Source: an uncultured delta proteobacterium
GTDB lineage: Bacteria > Myxococcota > Myxococcia > SLRQ01
Length of the DNA stretch: 64,000 bases
Assembly: GCA_963727485.1 (NCBI GenBank)
Contig: CAVSGM010000005.1
Location: forward strand, 93,635 to 157,634
Direction: 5' to 3'
The notes beneath the pieces are model-generated. The model was not told the origin of the DNA and did no database searches. It saw only the letters and a list, made by a program, of their open reading frames with translations. Below, one piece after another: positions 59,963 to 64,000 of the stretch (position 1 is the stretch's first letter; every line of letters starts with the position of its first letter). A program made the position numbers and the translations under genes.

Positions 59963-60760
59963 ATGAGAACCTCGTTGTCCCTCGGGCGGATCCTCGGCTT
60001 CCCGGTCGACGTCCACTTCACCCTGCTCATCCTCCTGGCCGTGGTGCTCCTCTTCGGGGGGGGCGTCGCGGGGGTGGCGCTGGTGGCGCTGACCTTCGCC
60101 TCGGTCCTGGCCCACGAGCTCGGCCACTCGGTGGTGGCGCGGCGCCTGAAGGTCCCCATCGCCGGGATCACCCTCTACCCCTTCGGCGGCGTGGCCCGGA
60201 TGTCGGCCATGCCCCGGGGGCCTGGGGACGAGATCCTCATCGCCGCCGCCGGCCCCGCGGTGAGCCTGGCCCTCGCCGGGATCTTCGCGCTCCCCTGGCT
60301 CCTCACCGGCCTGCCCCTCTTCGGCCAGCTGGCGATGGTCAACGGCATCCTCGGCCTCTTCAACCTCCTCCCGGCCCTGCCCATGGACGGCGGGCGGATC
60401 TTCCGCGCCGCCCTCGAGGGGCGCCTCGGCCACCTCGGGGCCACCCGCCTGGCCACCACCGTGGCCCGGTGGATCGCCGCGGCCATGGGCGTCGTGGGCC
60501 TGTTCACCTCGCCGATGCTGGTGCTGGTGGCGCTGGTGGTCTGGTCCATGGCCGGCGCCGAGCGGCGCATGGCCGAGGCCGACGCGGTGACCCACGCCCT
60601 CGACCCGGATCTCGCGGCGATGCTCGCGGCGCTCCGGGCCCGGACCGGCGGGGGCGCGCGCCGGGTGCGGGTCCACGTGGCGCGTCCCGTGGATCCAGGC
60701 GACGATGGTCGGCCCAAGGCGTCGCGGATGGTCGTCGACGTCGACCCGTTACGGCCCTAG
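59963..60760 (+). CDS. Site-2 protease, peptidase M50 family (no PDZ or CBS domain)
   Basis: HELGH, LYPFGGVA, AGPAVS, FNLLPALPMDGGR. Confidence 0.92.
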   Translation: MRTSLSLGRILGFPVDVHFTLLILLAVVLLFGGGVAGVALVALTFASVLAHELGHSVVARRLKVPIAGITLYPFGGVARMSAMPRGPGDEILIAAAGPAVSLALAGIFALPWLLTGLPLFGQLAMVNGILGLFNLLPALPMDGGRIFRAALEGRLGHLGATRLATTVARWIAAAMGVVGLFTSPMLVLVALVVWSMAGAERRMAEADAVTHALDPDLAAMLAALRARTGGGARRVRVHVARPVDPGDDGRPKASRMVVDVDPLRP

Positions 60761-60840
60761 CGTCGCCGGCGGAGGGCGGGCGGCCGATCCCGGCGGGCCG
60801 CCTATCCGCACGCGCGCCGGCGGAGTAGGCTCCGCATCAC

Positions 60841-60923
60841 GCGGGCGTGGCGGAATGGTAGACGCGGCCGACTTAAAATCGGCTGGCCGCGAGGCCGTGC
60901 AGGTTCGATCCCTGCCGCCCGCA
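60841..60923 (+). tRNA. tRNA-Leu (TAA), CCA not encoded
   Basis: GCGGGCG/CGCCCGC acceptor stem, gccga-ctTAAaa-tcggc, variable arm ggcc-gcga-ggcc, GTTCGATCC. Confidence 0.93.
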
Positions 60924-60976
60924 TCCTCGCTCGCCGGCGCCGGCCTCCGGCCCGCCGAGGCACGCCCGGGACCCGC

Positions 60977-61642
60977 TCAGGCGGGGTCGGAGATCGCCCT
61001 GGGTCCGGGCACCGCCTCGAGGGCGCTGGTGACCGTGTCGAGGAGCAGCTTCTTCCCCTTGGCCGAGCGGATGTCGTGCGCCTTGATGTCGAAGGAGACC
61101 ACCGGCAGGTGGTACTTCTCCCGCATCACCATGGGGAACGAGAGGTAGTAGCCCGAGAGGCCCCGGAGGAAGTCGGCGGGGATGCCCTGCTCCTCCTGGC
61201 GGCCGCGCTTCTTGATGCGGCCGAGGAGGTCGTCGGGACCGGCGCCGTCGAGCATCACCACCAGGTCGGGCTCGTGGAGCGAGCGGGCGAGGCGCTCGAA
61301 GTACTCGAAGTAGAGGTCGAGCTCGTCGCCGGTCATGTGGCCGAGGCCGTGGAGGTACTTGGCGAAGATCTCCGGGTCCTCGTAGAGGGTCCGGTCCTGC
61401 ACGCAGCTCTTGGGCACGGTGGCGATGAGCTCGTGGTGCTCCACCCGGCGGATGAGGAACTCGAGCTGCAGGGTGAACGACCACCGGCGCATGTCGCCGT
61501 AGTAGAGGCGCAGGAACCGGTTGTCGATCACCGGCTCGTCGAAGAGCTCGTAGCCGAGCTCCCGGCTGAGGGTCTTGGCGGCGGTGGTCTTGCCGGCGCC
61601 GATGTTCCCGGCGAGGGCGATGAAGCGCTTGGGGTCGGACAT
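60977..61642 (-). CDS. Deoxynucleoside kinase
   Basis: GNIGAGKTT, EPV, QDRTLYED, RIKKRGRQEE. Confidence 0.93.
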   Translation of the reverse strand: MSDPKRFIALAGNIGAGKTTAAKTLSRELGYELFDEPVIDNRFLRLYYGDMRRWSFTLQLEFLIRRVEHHELIATVPKSCVQDRTLYEDPEIFAKYLHGLGHMTGDELDLYFEYFERLARSLHEPDLVVMLDGAGPDDLLGRIKKRGRQEEQGIPADFLRGLSGYYLSFPMVMREKYHLPVVSFDIKAHDIRSAKGKKLLLDTVTSALEAVPGPRAISDPA

Positions 61643-61659
61643 GGTCGCTCCTGGGGACG

Positions 61660-63120
61660 CTACTTCGGGACCGGGTCCAGGGCCCGGCGCGGCACCTCGG
61701 CGTCGATGAACAGCCGCAGGATGTCGGCGTCGACCAGGCCCCGGTCGGCCTCGCTGTGGAGGATGTCCAGGGCCTTCTCGTGGGGGACGGCGCGCTTGTA
61801 GGGGCGGTCGCTGGCGGTGAGGGCGTCGTAGATGTCGGAGACGGTCATCAGCCGCGAGCCGAGCGGGATCTGCTCGGCGGGGAGCGCCCGGGGGTAGCCG
61901 CGGCCGTCGAGCTTCTCGTGGTGGGCGTAGGCGATCTCGGGGATGCGCTTGAGGTCCCGGGTCCAGGGGATCTGCTGGAGGAAGCGGAAGGTGTGGGTGA
62001 CGTGGCTCTCGATCTCCCGGCGCTCGTCGGGCGAGAGGGAGCCGCGGGGGATCGAGAGGAGCTCGACCTCGTGGTGGGTGAGCAGCGGCGCCTTGCCGTC
62101 GTCGCTCGGGAGCTGAAGGCTCGCGAGCGCCTGGAGGCGGTCGAAGCCCCCGGCCTCGAGGACGGTGGGGCGGTTGCACTGCTCCACGAAGGCCCAGAAG
62201 CCGTCGAGGTCTTCCAGGCGGGCGGCCAGCGCCGCGGCGAGGGCGTCGGGGTCGCCGGCGCCGGTGGCCACCTGGCGCCAGTGGTCGCGCTCGAGGCCGG
62301 CCCGGGCGAGGGCGAAGCGCAGCCGCAGGCGGTCGTGCTCCCAGGGCTGGAGCTTGTTGGCCTTGGTGAGCACGTGCTCCCGGACCCCGACCTTGCCGAA
62401 GTCGTGGAGGAGCGAGGCGTAGCGGATCTCGCGGAGCTGGTCGGCGGAGAACCGGGTCTGCCCGAAGCGCGCGCCCTCGGCGCGGTCGACCACCTCGGCG
62501 AGGCCCACGGTGAGGCGGGCGACGCGCTCGGAGTGGCCGGAGGTGGTCGGGTCCCGGGACTCGATGGCCACCACCGAGGCCTTCACGAAGCCCTCGAAGA
62601 GGCGCTCGATGGACTCGTTGAGCAGGGCGTTCTGGATCGCCACGGCCGCCTGGCCGCCCAGCGCCAGGAGCAGCTCGGTGTCCTCGTCGTCGAAGGGCTG
62701 GTCGCCCTGGCGGTTGAGGGCCTGGATGACGCCCACCACCTCGCCCTGGGCCCCGCGCATGGGGGCGCAGAGGATGCTCCGGGTCTGGTAGCCGGTGGCG
62801 TGGTCGACGGCGCGGTTGAAGCGGTCGTCGGCGTAGGCGTCGGCGATGTTGAGGACCTCGTTCTCGGCGGCGACGTGGCCGGCGATGCCCCGGCCCACCG
62901 GGAGGCGGATCTCCTGGGTGGTCAGCCCCTGGGCCACCCTGGACCAGAGGAGGCCCTGGTCGGGGTCGAGGACGAAGAGGGTGCAGCGGTCGGCGCTGAC
63001 CACCTGGGCCGCCGAGTCGGCGATGAGGCCGAGCAGGGCGTCGAGGTCGCGCTGGGCGCTCATGGCCTTGGCGACGTCGAGGATGGTGGTGAGCTTGGCG
63101 ACCCGGGAGGAGGGATCCAT
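61660..63120 (-). CDS. GAF + HD-GYP cyclic-dinucleotide phosphodiesterase
   Basis: GAF (GRGIAG, DDRFNRAVDHATGYQTRSILCAP); GHSERV, LHDFGK, HHEKLDGRGYP, DIYDALT. Confidence 0.92.
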   Translation of the reverse strand: MDPSSRVAKLTTILDVAKAMSAQRDLDALLGLIADSAAQVVSADRCTLFVLDPDQGLLWSRVAQGLTTQEIRLPVGRGIAGHVAAENEVLNIADAYADDRFNRAVDHATGYQTRSILCAPMRGAQGEVVGVIQALNRQGDQPFDDEDTELLLALGGQAAVAIQNALLNESIERLFEGFVKASVVAIESRDPTTSGHSERVARLTVGLAEVVDRAEGARFGQTRFSADQLREIRYASLLHDFGKVGVREHVLTKANKLQPWEHDRLRLRFALARAGLERDHWRQVATGAGDPDALAAALAARLEDLDGFWAFVEQCNRPTVLEAGGFDRLQALASLQLPSDDGKAPLLTHHEVELLSIPRGSLSPDERREIESHVTHTFRFLQQIPWTRDLKRIPEIAYAHHEKLDGRGYPRALPAEQIPLGSRLMTVSDIYDALTASDRPYKRAVPHEKALDILHSEADRGLVDADILRLFIDAEVPRRALDPVPK

Positions 63121-63169
63121 GGAGCCGCCCATGTTGACACCCGGGGCCCCGAGGCGGCAAGCCAGGGGG

Positions 63170-63998
63170 ATGAAGCACTACACAGGGCAAGGTGGCGATG
63201 GTGACCGGGGGCGGGTCGGGGATCGGCAAGGCCCTCTCCGAGGCCCTGGCGAAGGCCGGGACCACGGTGGTGGTCGCCGACATCGGGGCCGAGGGCGCCG
63301 AGGCGGTGGCCGAGGGCATCCGGCGCGCCGGGGGCGAGGCCCAGGCCGTGGCCCTCGACGTCCGGGACCCTGAGGCGGTGGACGCGGCGGTGGCGAAGGC
63401 CTTCGAGTCCCACGGGCGCCTGGACCTGATGTTCAACAACGCGGGCATCGGCCTCGGCGGTGAGGTCCGCCACATGGACCTGAAGGACTGGCACGACATC
63501 ATCGACGTGAACCTCATGGGCGTGGTCCACGGGATCCACGCCGCCTACCCGCGGATGGTGGACCAGGGCTTCGGCCACCTGGTGAACACCTCGAGCCTCT
63601 CGGGGGTCATCCCGGCGCCGGGGCTCACGGCCTACGCCACCACCAAGCACGCGGTGGTGGGGCTCTCGCTCTCCCTGCGCTCCGAGGCGGCGGGGCACGG
63701 GGTCAAGGTGAGCGTCATCTGCCCGGGCTTCGTGCGCACGCCCATCCTCAAGTCGCCCCGGGTCTCGGGGATGGAGCCCGCCGACGGCGAGAAGCTCCTC
63801 AAGAAGATGTGGCCCTTCCCGCTGATGGAGCCCGACGACCTCGCCCGGGACGTCCTCAAGGGCCTGGCGAAGAACGACCCGGTGATCGTGGCGCCGCGCC
63901 CGGCGCGGATGCTGTGGCGCACCTTCCGCCTCTTCCCCAGGCGGGCCCTCGGTCAGCTCGAGCGCCTCGGGGGCAAGGAGGTCCGCCGGCGCAGGTGA
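63170..63998 (+). CDS. Short-chain dehydrogenase/reductase (frameshift near 63186)
   Basis: VTGGGSGIG, FNNAGI, YATTK, ICPGFVRT; likely ATG at 63170 shifts into the ORF 63192 frame. Confidence 0.92.
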
Positions 63999-64000
63999 GC

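Overview
Very GC-rich chromosomal window, most likely from a Myxococcota (deltaproteobacterial) genome, as judged from a MYXO-CTERM protein, a bacNOP-padC operon, DUF4388/MshEN proteins and Cys-rich lipoproteins. It is mostly core genome: holB-holA, metG, tatD, gloB, gap-pgk-tpiA-secG, lepB, plsC, three bactofilins plus a ParB-like PadC, pyrE, nadB, slt, pgsA, thiO, cvpA, rseP, a deoxynucleoside kinase and four tRNAs (Leu-GAG, Gly-GCC, Cys-GCA, Leu-TAA). Accessory or poorly characterised elements are: (i) a three-gene surface locus (Ig-like protein, SdrD-B plus beta-barrel outer-membrane protein, MYXO-CTERM/DUF11-like protein); (ii) repeat-rich lipoproteins; (iii) a CydA-cytochrome c fusion paired with a second CydA-like subunit and no CydB; (iv) an orphan TPR plus FliK/SctP-like gene pair behind a sigma54-type promoter; (v) a degenerate MshEN-HD-REC-DUF4388 protein; (vi) a TatD with an apparently eroded radical-SAM tail; (vii) a small esterase-vapBC-abmA islet after tRNA-Gly. 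More than a dozen genes, including housekeeping ones, carry single-base frameshifts, which points to uncorrected long-read indels, so split ORFs were rejoined by eye. No CRISPR array, integrase, transposase or rRNA was seen. All family assignments come from motif recognition only; no searches were run.
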